Below, piece after piece: positions 45,201 to 56,448 of a stretch of DNA of 64,000 nt (position 1 is the stretch's first letter; each line of letters opens with the position of its first letter). A program made the position numbers and the translations under genes. The DNA is taken from positions 1,612,001 through 1,676,000 of the forward strand of contig OZ037845.1 of assembly GCA_964035575.1 (NCBI GenBank). Direction: 5' to 3'. The notes beneath the pieces were generated by a model that did not search any database, had not been told where the DNA came from, and saw only the letters and a list, made by a program, of their open reading frames with translations. The DNA comes from Rhynchopus sp. YZ270_cl-10 (lineage: Eukaryota).

Positions 45201-45583
45201 GCACGAAGGACCCCACCTGTGCCCCTGGCGACAAGTGTGAGGCGTGCTGTGTGCGTGACGACGTGCCCGCACCCACCACCTACTGCAGCAACCAGGGCCC
45301 GACCTGTGGTCTGTCGCACGACGCATGCAAGGAGGGCTACACCTGCACTGCCGACCCCACCTGCGACAAGAGCCCTGAGCAGTGTGAGAGCTGCTGTGTG
45401 AGGGACACGACCACGCCGTGCTGTGCTGCTGTGCCGACGTGCAAGGAGGGCTTCAAGCAGAAGAAGCGCCCTGTGTGCCACTCGCAGAACCCTGAGCGCT
45501 GCTACGTGACCGAGCTGTGCTGCACGAAGATTGCGTGCAAGCACATTAAGCTCAGCAGCACCGACGCTGACGATGAGGAGTAG
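42242..45583 (+). CDS. Secreted cysteine-rich tandem-repeat protein
   Basis: Signal-peptide-like MNPLRALTLLTVYAVSATS, ~22 eight-Cys modules and a Cys-rich C-terminus ending DADDEE. No TM segment. Variation among repeats is synonymous in this frame. Confidence 0.88.
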   Translation: MNPLRALTLLTVYAVSATSLVIPTYCSVQGPLCDLELTECKQGYTCTKDPTCAPGDKCEACCVLDTPVPAPTFCTNQGPTCGHGLPDCKLGYTCTVDPNCRDLECERCCVLDTPVPAPTFCTNQGPTCGHGLPDCKLGYTCTVDPNCRDLECERCCVLDTPVPAPTFCTNQGPTCGHGLPDCKLGYTCTVDPNCRDLECERCCVLDTPVPAPTFCTNQGPTCGHGLPDCKLGYTCTVDPNCRDLECERCCVLDTPVPAPTFCTNQGPTCGHGLPDCKLGYTCTVDPNCRDLECERCCVLDTPVPAPTFCTNQGPTCGHGLPDCKLGYTCTVDPNCRDLECERCCVLDTPVPAPTFCTNQGPTCGHGLPDCKLGYTCTVDPNCRDLECERCCVLDTPVPAPTFCTNQGPTCGHGLPDCKLGYTCTVDPNCRDLECERCCVLDTPVPAPTFCTNQGPTCGHGLPDCKLGYTCTVDPNCRDLECERCCVLDTPVPAPTFCTNQGPTCGHGLPDCKLGYTCTVDPNCRDLECERCCVLDTPVPAPTFCTNQGPTCGHGLPDCKLGYTCTVDPNCRDLECERCCVLDTPVPAPTFCTNQGPTCGHGLPDCKLGYTCTVDPNCRDLECERCCVLDTPVPAPTFCTNQGPTCGHGLPDCKLGYTCTVDPNCRDLECERCCVLDTPVPAPTFCTNQGPTCGHGLPDCKLGYTCTVDPNCRDLECERCCVLDTPVPAPTFCTNQGPTCGHGLPDCKLGYTCTVDPNCRDLECERCCVLDTPVPAPTFCTNQGPTCGHGLPDCKLGYTCTVDPNCRDLECERCCVLDTPVPAPTFCTNQGPTCGHGLPDCKLGYTCTVDPNCRDLECERCCVLDTPVPAPTFCTNQGPTCGHGLPDCKLGYTCTVDPNCRDLECERCCVLDTPVPAPTFCTNQGPTCGHGLPDCKLGYTCTVDPNCRDLECERCCVLDTPVPAPTFCSAQGPTCDVELTECKQGYTCTKDPTCAPGDKCEACCVRDDVPAPTTYCSNQGPTCGLSHDACKEGYTCTADPTCDKSPEQCESCCVRDTTTPCCAAVPTCKEGFKQKKRPVCHSQNPERCYVTELCCTKIACKHIKLSSTDADDEE
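42458..45136 (+). repeat. 141-bp coding tandem repeat, 19 copies
   Basis: FCTNQGPTCGHGLPDCKLGYTCTVDPNCRDLECERCCVLDTPVPAPT x19 (2679/141 = 19). Confidence 0.95.
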
Positions 45584-46788
45584 GTGTTTTGACTTTGTCC
45601 CTGCCCTGCTCCGTCCTTTGGATGATTGAATATGCCCTCCCACCTTCACCTTCACATTCCCATCCCGATCACCCATTTCAGATATTGGCACACCTGCTGT
45701 GTCACGACTCTGAATTGCCCCAGAATAGGCCTGACTGAAAATGTCTACGTTTGAGACGTGCAATATCTACGCAGAAGGAAGTGACTCAAATCTGCACCTT
45801 TCGTGCATCTTTTTTGGGTGAACCCTATTAACGCGGAGTTGCGACGTCACTGTCATCAGATGCAGGCTTCAGTAAGTACTTATTCGCTTTCATTTTATTG
45901 TCATTATTTTTTTTGTTTTGTTTCCCCCCTCTTCGCATGCCTTTATCATTTTACGGAGTGGGCACCGTGCACACAGTCTGAGTGATGATTTTCTACAATG
46001 CCTTGGGTGCCTTGGCCCTGAACATTGCATTTTTTTTTTTTTGAGTACGCGAGTCTTTGGGTACTCTTATTCAAACCCCCTTTTTTCATCAGATGTAAAC
46101 CACGAAATGGATGTACCAAAGTACACTGTTCACAAGAGGGCTTTACCTTTTTTTTTTTTTTTTTTTTTTTTGCTCGACTGATGTGCACGACCCTGTCTCC
46201 TTAGTTTTTGTTTATAGAAAAGAACGCGTTTAAAATACTCATTTTTTCATGAATTCATTGGACAGATTGCAATAACAATTTGAATACGTACACATTACGC
46301 CACATGCACAGTGTTGTGTGTCGTTATGTTGTTCAAATGTTTTGCACCTTTCTGAAGCTTCCTCCTACTCATATTCATTAAAGTCGTATATGAGACGCGA
46401 ATCTTTTCTCGGTGAGCATGAGAGTCTTGTGTTCATCTTACCTGCGGTTTTTTTTATTTTTATTTGTTGCCTTTTATGAATTTATTCCTTTAGTAGAAGC
46501 CATTCCGGATGTTATTTACTCCAGACAACGCGCTTCGATGTTGCAGAAAACAGATTTGAAAACGATGTGTGCTAGAATCATGCATTTTCCAAACCTTTTT
46601 CACTGAATACTAAAAAAGCAACGCACCCCATCCCCCTCATGATTTTCCCTACCAATTTCCCCGATTTTCCCCGAACCCAACTCAACCTTCCCCCCTAAAT
46701 TACGCCTTCTCCTTCTCCTTCTTCCATCCATAGTACAGAGGGCTACGGCCAAGAGAGGGCATTGACTGCCCCTTAGCAACACTACAAG

Positions 46789-49700
46789 ATGATGGGCGCG
46801 TTGAGCGAGCGGATCGCGGCAGAGTTCCAGAAGCGGACGAAGAAGACGGACGGAAAGTACTTCAACAACCCTAAGCGTGGAACCAAGCGCGACGAGCAGA
46901 GCGAGCTGAAGGAGGACCTGAACAGCAACGACATCTCCCGGCAGAAGGACGCCGTGAAGCGCATCATTGCGAACATGACTGTGGGGCGCGACGTGAGCCC
47001 GCTCTTCACGGATGTGGTGATGGTGTCACGCACAACGAACATGGAGCTCAAGAAGCTTATCTATCTCTACATCATGGCAAACGCGAAGTTGAAGCCCGAA
47101 ACAGCAATCCTCGCTGTCAACACCTTCATCCAGGACAGCCAGCCCAGCAGCCCTGTCATCATCCGTGCCCTTGCGATCCGCACGATGCTTTGCGTCAGGG
47201 TCGAGAACATGGACCAGCACTGCTCCCTCCCCCTCCGTGCCGCGCTCAAGGACGAAAGCGAATACGTCCGCAAGACGGCTTGCATCGCCGTGCTGAAGCT
47301 CTTCCACGCAAACCCAAAGTCCTGCGAAGACCAAGGCTTCATCGACATCCTCAAATCGCTGCTGACCGACAAGTCGCCGATGGTTGTCGCCAACGCAGTG
47401 GTGGCGCTCAATGAGATACGAGAGAACTCCTCCTTCGACACAGAGCTCACCCCTGCCCTCGTGTCGCGCCTCATGAGCACCATGGGGAAGTGTGCAGAGT
47501 GGGGGCAGGTCAGCATCCTCGACTTCGTGTCGAAGCATGTGACAGATGCGACCGGTGCAGAGAGCATCATCGAACGCATCCTGCCGCGCCTGCAGCACAG
47601 CAACCATGCGGTGGTGCTCAGTGCCTTCAGGTGCATCGTCGCCAACCTCGATGTGCTTCCGGAGGAGCGCAAGCGGGCGGTGCTGTCGAAGCTGACACCG
47701 TCGTTTGTGTCGCTCATGAACGCGCCCGGTGAGACACAGTACGTCGCGCTGCGCAACATCCAGCTGCTCATGCAGAAGTACACCGGCCTCTTCACGAACA
47801 AGGACGTGAAGGTGTTCTTCTGCCACTACACAGACCCCACCTGCGTCAAGCTTGAGAAGCTCAACATGCTCCTCCGTCTCTTCAACGAACGCAACGCGCA
47901 GGTCATCCTCCGCGAGCTGCGAGAGTACTGTGAGGAGTGCGAGCCCGTCTTCGTGTCCAAGAGCATTGAGGCGCTTGGGTCTTGCGCCGTGCGCATGGAG
48001 TCGGCAGCAGTCAATGTGGCAGAGATTCTTGTGAACCTGGCGCAGAAGCAGCACCTTGTGCAGCCGACGCTTGGAGCCGTCAAGGACGTGCTCAGGAAGG
48101 TTTGTCCCAAAAAAATACCATACCCATACCATATCCCAACCAAAGGGCACTTTGTATCCCTTCAATAAAAAGGACCCCTCAACACCACACCATCTCACAT
48201 CACACCACAGTACCCCGACATGTTCCTCGACATCCTCCCCCCCATCCTGGAGGCCATCGAGGTGGACGCAATGGAGGACACAGAGGCAAAGTGTTCGCTC
48301 ATCTGGTGCATGGGCGAGTTTGGCGAACAGCTGCCCGAGGTGAAGGAGAAGCTGCTCTACTTCGTGGAGACGTTCGAAGACCACCCGACACAGACGCAGG
48401 TATGGCATAGCGTTGCTCACACCACTGCACCACCTCACCACAGCTGGCGACGCTCACGTCCACGGTGAAGTTCTTCCTCCGTGACGGAGTCAACAACGAG
48501 GAGATGCTCAATGTATGTGAAACACCATAGTGCACGCAGACACCATACGCCATACACCATACACAGGACGTGCTGCGTAAGGCAACCGCGAACGGCAACC
48601 CCGACCTGCGCGACCGTGCCTACATGTACTGGCGCATGGTGTCGAACGAGAAGAACGCAACCAAGCTCAGCTCCTTCGTCATCGGTAAGAAGCCGCCGAT
48701 CCGTGCGGAGGGCGCAGACGAGCTGGACCCCAGCCGCCTGAACGAGCTGCTTGCGAACTTCAACACTGTGTCCGCGGTGTACCACAAGGCACCGGCAGCC
48801 TTCCTGCGTCGCTACGGACTGGAGGACGAGCCCGTGGATGAGGAGGATGACGACGATTTCAACGAGACGGAGGAGCTCACTGCCGCAGACGACACCTCGC
48901 CCACAGTCATCACGACGCCCACAGACCTCAGCGGCACAGCCTCCTCGCAGCCCAGCACCTACACACCCACGCCCTACGCAGAGAAGAAGCCTGCACTCGA
49001 CTTCTTCGACTTCGGCCCCTCCACAGCAGCACCCACACCAGGTGAGCTCCCGCAACTGCTCGACCCCGCACAGTGCGACGGCCTGCGCCTCTGCGGTCGC
49101 TTCGACGCAGATGAGGACAAAGCCGTGCTGCGCCTAGAGTTCACCAACACTACGAACGCACCTATGAGTAACTTCGCCATCCAGTTCAACACAAACCTGC
49201 ACGGTCTGAAGCCTACGCCGCTTGGCTTCCAGCAGATCGACGCACACATGACGCAGCCCACGACTCTTGGTCTTGTGCACGTCCCCGAGCACGTCAACAA
49301 GGCGACAGCAGACGTCCAGATCGCCTTCAAGAACTCCTCAGGGACGTACTACTGCACGCTTGAGTCGCCGCTAGACGGGTGCCTCGCAAAGGGAGGTGGC
49401 ATGAGCAAGGCAGACGGCTTCATCCCCCGCTGGAAGGAGCTCACGCACATGCAGAAGTACGAGGTGAACGTGCCGAACCCACAATCCCTGCAGGCATCCA
49501 TGCAGGCAGCGTGCTTCGCGCTCGTGGGTGCCAAGGCGCCGTGTGCGTACTACTCTGCACGGACACTGGCGGGTGGCAACATCTTGGTAGAGAGCTGTGA
49601 AAAGCCTGGTTCTCAAATGGTCACTTTCACCGTCAAGTCGGAAGACCCGTATGTCATTCACAGCTTATATTACGTTATCTTTTTACGACCGTATCGTCAT

Positions 49701-49863
49701 CAGTGTACACCACGGTCTCTTGGATACGAGCATTCCGTTGCACGAGGGGGGGTTTTTTTTTTGTCAACACGTTTATCTTTTTACTGACTACAACACCACA
49801 CCACACCACAGTATCTACACCGCGAAGTGGGTTGCCGCAGGGCTGCAGAACGCCACAAGCTGA
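46789..49863 (+). CDS. Beta-adaptin (AP-1/AP-2 beta subunit), 5 exons
   Basis: Motifs KRIIANMTVGRDVS, ELKKLIYLY, IRALAIRTM, YVRKTA, YVALRNI, NPDLRDRAYMYWR, plus an ear domain. Exons 46789-48099, 48211-48399, 48444-48512, 48567-49648 and 49812-49863 join in frame via GT-AG introns. Confidence 0.93.
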
Positions 49864-51659
49864 CGAAGACGCTTTGAGGTAGAGCGGAGTTAGGTTTGAG
49901 AATGGAAAGGGGTGAAAATGGGGTGGGAAGGGGCGAGGGGAAGAGTTGTGTGTTTTTTCTTTCTTTTTATGATGTGTGCACCAGCGGCACATTCATCTTT
50001 GTTTTCGTTATTTTGTGATGCCACGTGTACCATTTTGTTATGTGTTCTCCCCCCCCGCTTCGCTGTGTTCGTTGGTCGAACATAAGCAAAAAACGTTTAA
50101 AAAACACACACACACACACACACTAACATCGATCCTAGAAATTGCCACACCCGCCCTACCACAGGGCAGCTGTGTGTGGCAACGTTCCCTGCGTCCCGTG
50201 AGGTGTCTTCACGTTATTAACTTCCCCTTTTAGATGGGTGTGCAAGAAAAGCATATTCCATCAAGATTTTCTTTCGGAATATTTGCTGGCGGCGGAATGG
50301 CTCCATCTTTCATTCTTTTTTGGACGCTAAACCCTACCTTCACCAACCCCATTACCTCGGAACACTTTCTCCTTCCCCCCGCCCTTGAAACAGCATTTCA
50401 TCTAGCTTTTGTGCTTTCCCCCCCTCCCGTCTTGAGATTCTCTCTTGTGTGGCTTGGTTTTGTCTTTATATGTCTTGTGGTTCATGAGCCACGAAGTTCG
50501 CGTAGAACGAAAAATAAGGAAAAGAAAAAAATCTGGTAGAGTATTGTTTTGCGTTTTGTGTTGCGTTGTCAGCAGAGTAACACAATGGCACTTGTCATGA
50601 CATGGTAAACACATGTTGCAAGCACAGTAACAAACATAAAGCGTTAACGAGAACTTCTTGTCAAATGTGCTTGTCATGTCAGGACAGGTGTCGTCGTGAA
50701 GTTGAATAAGGAGCGGTGGGGGTGTGGTCTGGACGTGGGGTGCCAAACATAAACCCCTTCTTTGAGTGCCTGCGTCCTCTGGTGCCCTGTGAGGCGTTTG
50801 CATTTTCAACTTTCCCCCCTTTTTGTGCCAACACGTTGTTAAACCAACGACCAAAAAGGCAGCAAAAACAAAAACAAAATAATCTTGGGACAGTGACAAC
50901 TGTGGGGGGTAGCAATAGAAGGGTTTGCTACCTCTTTTTTTTGTGTGTGGATTATGGATGGCACAGAATGGAGAAGGCGAGGGAGGAGGGGGGGGACGCC
51001 CACTGAAGGTGGCGTTTGAGACAAAAAAACGCAAACAAAAACGAGACAAAGCATTTTCAGAAAAAAAAAACAAAAAAACGTCACCAAAAAAGGACGGAAA
51101 AAAATGCGACAGTTATAACAACCAAAACAAAGCACCGTTGTCGACCACATCATTCTGCATACACATTCCTCTTCCTGCAGCCCGCTCCTTTCTGTGACTC
51201 AAGCGTGCTCCCACACGATAACGATAGTGGTACGTACATATGTGTACACGAGAGTGACATTCATCTTGTTTCTTTCCAAGATGACTCAACACGAGACGCT
51301 TGGGTTCTGTTAATTGAGCAATCAACGAAAAAGCATTTTTTTCCTTTTACTTCTATGAGAGTTACTATTTACTATTACTATTCTGCCGCCACTTGACACC
51401 ACAGTGCCACAACGCTACTAAGATTGCACCACCACACCACACCAAGGGCCATATTCTGCGCAAGAATTACCCTCACTAGGCATCCTCCACACCACACCAC
51501 GTACCTTGCAGAGATCCAACGGGTTGCAACACATCCACATACGCTCCTATACCACCCACACCCCTACTCCCACACCCCTTCCCTCCCCTTCGCCTCTCCA
51601 CTTCTCACTTCCCACCCTTCCCTCCCCCAACCCCTCTGCCCCTCTGCCCCCCTAAATGA

Positions 51660-52427
51660 ATGTCGGATCAGAGCAGCAGCGCTGAGTTTGAGGAACGAGA
51701 AGAGCGTCTGAAGGAGCGTTTCCTGGAGCTTGAGGATGTGACGGACAGCGATGGGTGGGAGGCGCACGTCATCGGTGAGGAGGACGAGGAGGAGCGCGCA
51801 CAGCGTGAGTCGCGCGAACGGAGCCGTCAGCGTGAGGAGGAGCAACGCGCTGCAGAGCTGGCTGCGATTCAGGAGATCTACAAGCGTGCGAGCAAACGCG
51901 CCTTCCGCAGACTCAAAAACCTTCCGGAACCTGGTCCTGGCTGCCACGACACCGGCACCGGTGAAGAAGAAGAGGAACGCCGTGCACACTTCCCCGGCGA
52001 GGTCGAAGAAACCAACGACATCCCCCACTACGCCACCTCCAAACAGACCTTCGCTGCAGGCAACAGCGGTGGTGCATACACCTCAGGTGTAACCTGCCCT
52101 CTCGCTGCGAGCGGCGCTGGGATGCTGAAACGCTCCTATCGACGCCGCAGGCGACGTGGCATCGCAGCACTCATGCGAGCACGCACACGATGCGGCACAG
52201 AAAATGCCTCAGGTGACTCCCACTTCGACATCACCCCGTACCCAGACAGGGAGGAGGAGGAGGATGACGAAGACGTCTACGGTGGTGGCGTGCGCAAAGA
52301 GGCAGGGCTCGCACGCCCGTATCATACAGACACAATACCACCCCCGTCGCCGGCAACGTTGATGTGTTCTGCAGCTGTGCCCCACCCACCAAAGGAGGCA
52401 GACGCAATAGCAGCGCTGTTGCTTTAA
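51660..52427 (+). CDS. Hypothetical charged protein (255 aa)
   Basis: ATG-initiated GC-rich ORF with host-like codon usage and an acidic, coiled-coil-like N-terminus. No family recognised. Confidence 0.6.
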   Translation: MSDQSSSAEFEEREERLKERFLELEDVTDSDGWEAHVIGEEDEEERAQRESRERSRQREEEQRAAELAAIQEIYKRASKRAFRRLKNLPEPGPGCHDTGTGEEEEERRAHFPGEVEETNDIPHYATSKQTFAAGNSGGAYTSGVTCPLAASGAGMLKRSYRRRRRRGIAALMRARTRCGTENASGDSHFDITPYPDREEEEDDEDVYGGGVRKEAGLARPYHTDTIPPPSPATLMCSAAVPHPPKEADAIAALLL

Positions 52428-53127
52428 AGGGAGAAATGGAACCATGGGGTGGGCTGGGGTGGCAAATACGTAGTATACATGATACGCAGCGGTTTTACGT
52501 ACAATGCGTATAATACGCGATACGTGGGGGGGCACTAGCCAGGGGGGTAGTCACGTATTTGCCACTACAGGTGGTGGGAGGGGGGAAGTAGTTAGGAATT
52601 GTACATAACAGTAGTGGAGGATGGGGTAGGAGGTGGTGGTTGGAGTTGGTGATCTGTGCCTAGCTTTGTATGGGGTGACAAGTGCAGGGGTCTAGGTTCA
52701 TATGACCAACTTCTATCTCTTTTGTTGAGTGTGTCATAGAAAGTGGTGCGTTTCTGTGCATCATTTCTCGCCTTTTAAGGGTGATACTGTCTGCACAGAA
52801 CGGAAATAGTGATGACTTTTTGCTTCAAGCAAAAATATAATATGCCCAGTTTTTTTTCTTCGCCGGTGCAACAAAAAAAAGTTTGAGTTACGGTTTTGAG
52901 GTTTTCCCCAACCCCCACCCTCACAATTTGCTCTTGCATTTCTATGTATTTTGCAACGTGAGGGGAGGGCGGGGGGTGCAAAAAAAAAAGATATGCAGAA
53001 GAACTCCGAAATTTAGGGAAAATAGGGGAAATGGAAGCAACAGCACTTTGCCAATTGTTGGCACCTCACTCGGCCTTCCCCCTGCTCACTACCCTCACAC
53101 CTTACACCTTACAGACAAACCCACACC

Positions 53128-55336
53128 ATGTCGGTCGCGTTCATCAAAGAAGAAGCGAAGCAGGCCCTGCGTGCGGGCAAGGCAGAGGAGGCAGCAAAAC
53201 TGTACACCGACGCGATGGAAGCGTCTGAGGAGAAGAGCCACATCCTGCACGGCAACAGGGCCGAATGCTACCTGCGTCTGAAGCGCTGGGACGAGGCCCT
53301 CGCAGATGCGACCGCAAGTGAGACGCTGAAGCCCGACTGGTCGAAGGCGCACTACCGCAAGGCGCAGGCGCTCGCAGGCATGGAGGACTTCGCAGGCGCG
53401 TACAACAGCTACCTCACGTGCCTCTGCTGTGAGGACACAGACGAAGAGGCCGTGTCAGAGAAGCTTGAGGCCACAGAGGAAAAGGCGTGGCACCTTGCGC
53501 TGAAAGCGTTCCCCACCATGGGACGTTCCCTTGTGGCGACGCTGCCGATGCAGCCCGGTCACACTGTGTTGAATGAGGTGCCCATCGTGTACTGGAGCAG
53601 AAACGAGGCCGACTACGACCCGCTTGTGGTGGAGGCCTGTAAGAAGCACGGCGTCTCGGCAGTGACGGGTGCGGCAGGCATCCTGTCGATCATTGGCGGC
53701 ATGACGCGCTACCAGTCGCGCATTGTGGGTGACATGTCGACGCCAGGCGTGGACCTCACAAACGCAACGTCGATAGCATGGATCAACGCTGCCTGCGACA
53801 TCGCTGCCAGCGGGAGTGAGGCAGTCGAGAGCCTGGGCAAGGACCCCTACCACACAACAGGGCTGCTGCTTGCGGTGAAGACGAACTGCCACCACTGCGC
53901 GCTCATGCGGGATGGGGTGGAGTACGGCGGGCTCTTCCGCTTGGGGTCAAAGTTCGCACACTCGTGCTCGCCGAACATTGTGTACCAGCCGCTGAAGGGG
54001 ACAGTGCACTTCACAGCACTGACGCTGATCCCGCAGGACTCGCTGGTGACGTTCAGCTACCGTGGCGAGCTGGACTTCTTGGCACGTTCGACGCTGCAGA
54101 GACAGAAGGAGCTGTACGCGACGTTCATGTTCTGGTGTGGGTGCGACCGTTGCAAAGGCGACGACCTGTGCAGGCAGATCAAGTGTTCCTGTGGCACGGA
54201 GGGTGTGCGCACGTGGCGTGGTGCGTACTCCGCGCCTGGGTCGGACTGCCCTCACACAGCAGGGTGGCGATGCGACGCATGCGGGCGGACCTTCACCGAC
54301 GAGCAGATGCCCCTCGAAGAAGAAGCACGCCTCGAAGCGCTTGTCATTGAGTTGGAGGACACAAAGGCGAAGTACGCAGCACTCAAGGAGGCACTTCTGC
54401 AGGTCCTTGACACGCTCGGGAGCCGCCACTGGACGTTCGGTGCGCTGTGCAAACGCCTCTGCATGTACTTCAGGGGCATGGCGAAGGCGAACAACAGCGT
54501 GTCCGCAGTGCAGATGGCCATCGCCTTTGGTGCGCACTACCTGCGCTTCCTCTCGCACACCCGCCTCTACGCCGACTCGCCGCTGGTATGTACCTTTCAC
54601 ACTTCGTGTCAAAGAAAATAGGGCAGCAAAAGACCGCTGCACTATCTAAAAAGAAGGCCAACTGTTGCAACACTTTGCCAACACCAACACCTCCCAACAG
54701 CTTGCCTGCCACTTCAGTGCCGCACTCTGCAGCAGCATCCCTGCAGACTCCGCAGAACCCATCTACCAAACAGATGAAAGCAAAATCATGAACTTTGGCG
54801 AGGTATGAAAGAAAGACGCAAACAAACCCTGGCCCTGGGAACACTGAGTACAGAACCTCGGGGATATGATGATTACTAACAACAAAAACACCTCCTCCAC
54901 CTTCAGGCACGTGTTGCGCTTTTGCAGTATTCGCTCCCACTTTTGTCGGCAGTCTACACAGAAGAGAACAGCGTTGTGCGTACTGTATGTTTCCTTTACT
55001 CCCCCCTTCCCACTTCCCCCTTCCCCATTCCCCCTTACGAACGTTCAAAAAACCTTAGAATTTATCTTTGACCGTATCTGTTATTTTAGAACGTCATCTC
55101 TTCTTTGATTGGAAAACATGTGGGTGGCTTTTGTGAAAACAATAAGCATTATTCTTCTTCTTCTACAGGCCCTGCAGCTGTGGAAAGACTCTTCCCTTGG
55201 TGACATGCCCATCGCACCTAAACACCCACGTGACCCGATGAGATTGCTCCCTAACCCACCCGCAGAGGTAGGTTTGTTTGCACAGTGGGAAGCGAAGGTG
55301 GTGCAGATGATGACAAACGGAGGCACGGAAAGTTAG
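53128..55336 (+). CDS. TPR + SET-domain (SMYD-like) protein, 4 exons
   Basis: TPRs (HGNRAECYLRL, KPDWSKAHYRKAQAL), SET motifs GRSLVAT, FAHSCSPN, VTFSY and post-SET FWCGCDRC. Exons 53128-54585, 54701-54802, 54907-54984 and 55169-55336 are in frame. Confidence 0.88.
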
Positions 55337-55510
55337 AAAAAAAATATGTCGACACAACAAAAAATGAACCATAAAAAACCGCTCAGAAGAACAGTCGAGT
55401 TTGTTGCAAACACCCGCTTATTCTAACTAACAAAAAAAATGCAAAGTATAGTGGAGCGCATCCTCAGGTGCCCACATTATCTGGGTGATCTATGAACGGG
55501 GTGACCTTTT

Positions 55511-55560
55511 TAAGGTGACTAAGCACGAGAGGCTTAGGATCATCTTATAAACTTTTCTTT
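55511..55560 (+). repeat. Dispersed ~45-nt hairpin element (consensus copy)
   Basis: taaggtga ctaagc acgagag gcttag ga tcatctta taaacttttcttt. Identical at 57780 and near-identical at 29656 and 61495. Confidence 0.9.
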
Positions 55561-56448
55561 TTTTTTTTTCTGTAGGTCTCAGTAGACTGTTGTTGTGTCT
55601 CACGGAGACAATCATAGATCACCCACTTCATGCAACGAAAAATTTCAAATGCCGCAAATATTACTTTGCGGAAAAATGCAAAAACAAACGATTTTTTTTT
55701 CCTGTGTCTCATAGAAGGACTGCCCAACAATCCAGCATAGAAATGTAAAGGGAAATGGTTTTGATACTTTTTTTTTTTGTGCGTTTCAGCACGTTTCAAC
55801 TACTTTTTTTTGTATCACACCAAGACTGTCCTCTACCAGCAATATCACCACAACCCCCAAAACCCCCCAAAACCCCCTTTAGATGATATAGGCTAGTTGC
55901 ATAGCGCCTAGTAGGTTGGCTAGCTTCTTGTTGTCCCATGTTTGATTCAGAGAAACACTCTCGGTTTCTAAACCAAGAGAAAGTAAAAAAAACAAAACAA
56001 AAGAGACAGACCAGAGCGAGAAAGAGAAACGAGAGAAAGAAAAAAGACACACTTTCCTCTTACATGAAAGTGTGATTAGAAATCCAGATAAAAGAAAAGC
56101 GACTTTTTTTTTTTAGGTTTTCGCGCTTAGCATTCGGCCCTTCTTTTTATCTTTTGTACAACACAAAAACTCCAGGAATACGCGTACACAAAAAAGGCGC
56201 CCAGAGAAGGCTTGTTTTTATATTGTCCTTTGCTCTTGTTTTGCCTCTCCGTTTTCTGCCACCTTTTTCTCTTCTTTTTTGCCGCGTTCCCCCCCCCTTT
56301 CCCCCTTCCCCCTCCGTCGTTCTTTCTCTACACTTAACACCGCTAATCACTCCCAACCACCCGCACTGTTTTGTGCGCGCCCCCAGCTGGTGTGGCAGCA
56401 CGGCGACTGACGCCCGTAGCGGAGTGCATCAAACCACGGTTTGCAGAT

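Noticed and set aside
42230..45763. 1177-aa antisense ORF and 923-aa alternative-frame ORF
   Set aside because: By-products of a stop-free 141-bp repeat. Variation is synonymous only in the Cys-rich frame.
47026..48441. 471-aa minus-strand ORF
   Set aside because: Antisense shadow of the GC3-rich beta-adaptin CDS.
46789..49863. Functional clustering of beta-adaptin with the YxxPhi-tailed CAP genes
   Set aside because: They are more than 26 kb apart, and neighbourhood alone is not evidence of function in a eukaryotic unidirectional gene cluster.
55511..55560. SECIS or kink-turn (GUGA...GA) in the dispersed hairpin
   Set aside because: The 3' GA is not conserved among copies, the stem is too short, and no in-frame UGA selenoprotein is evident.
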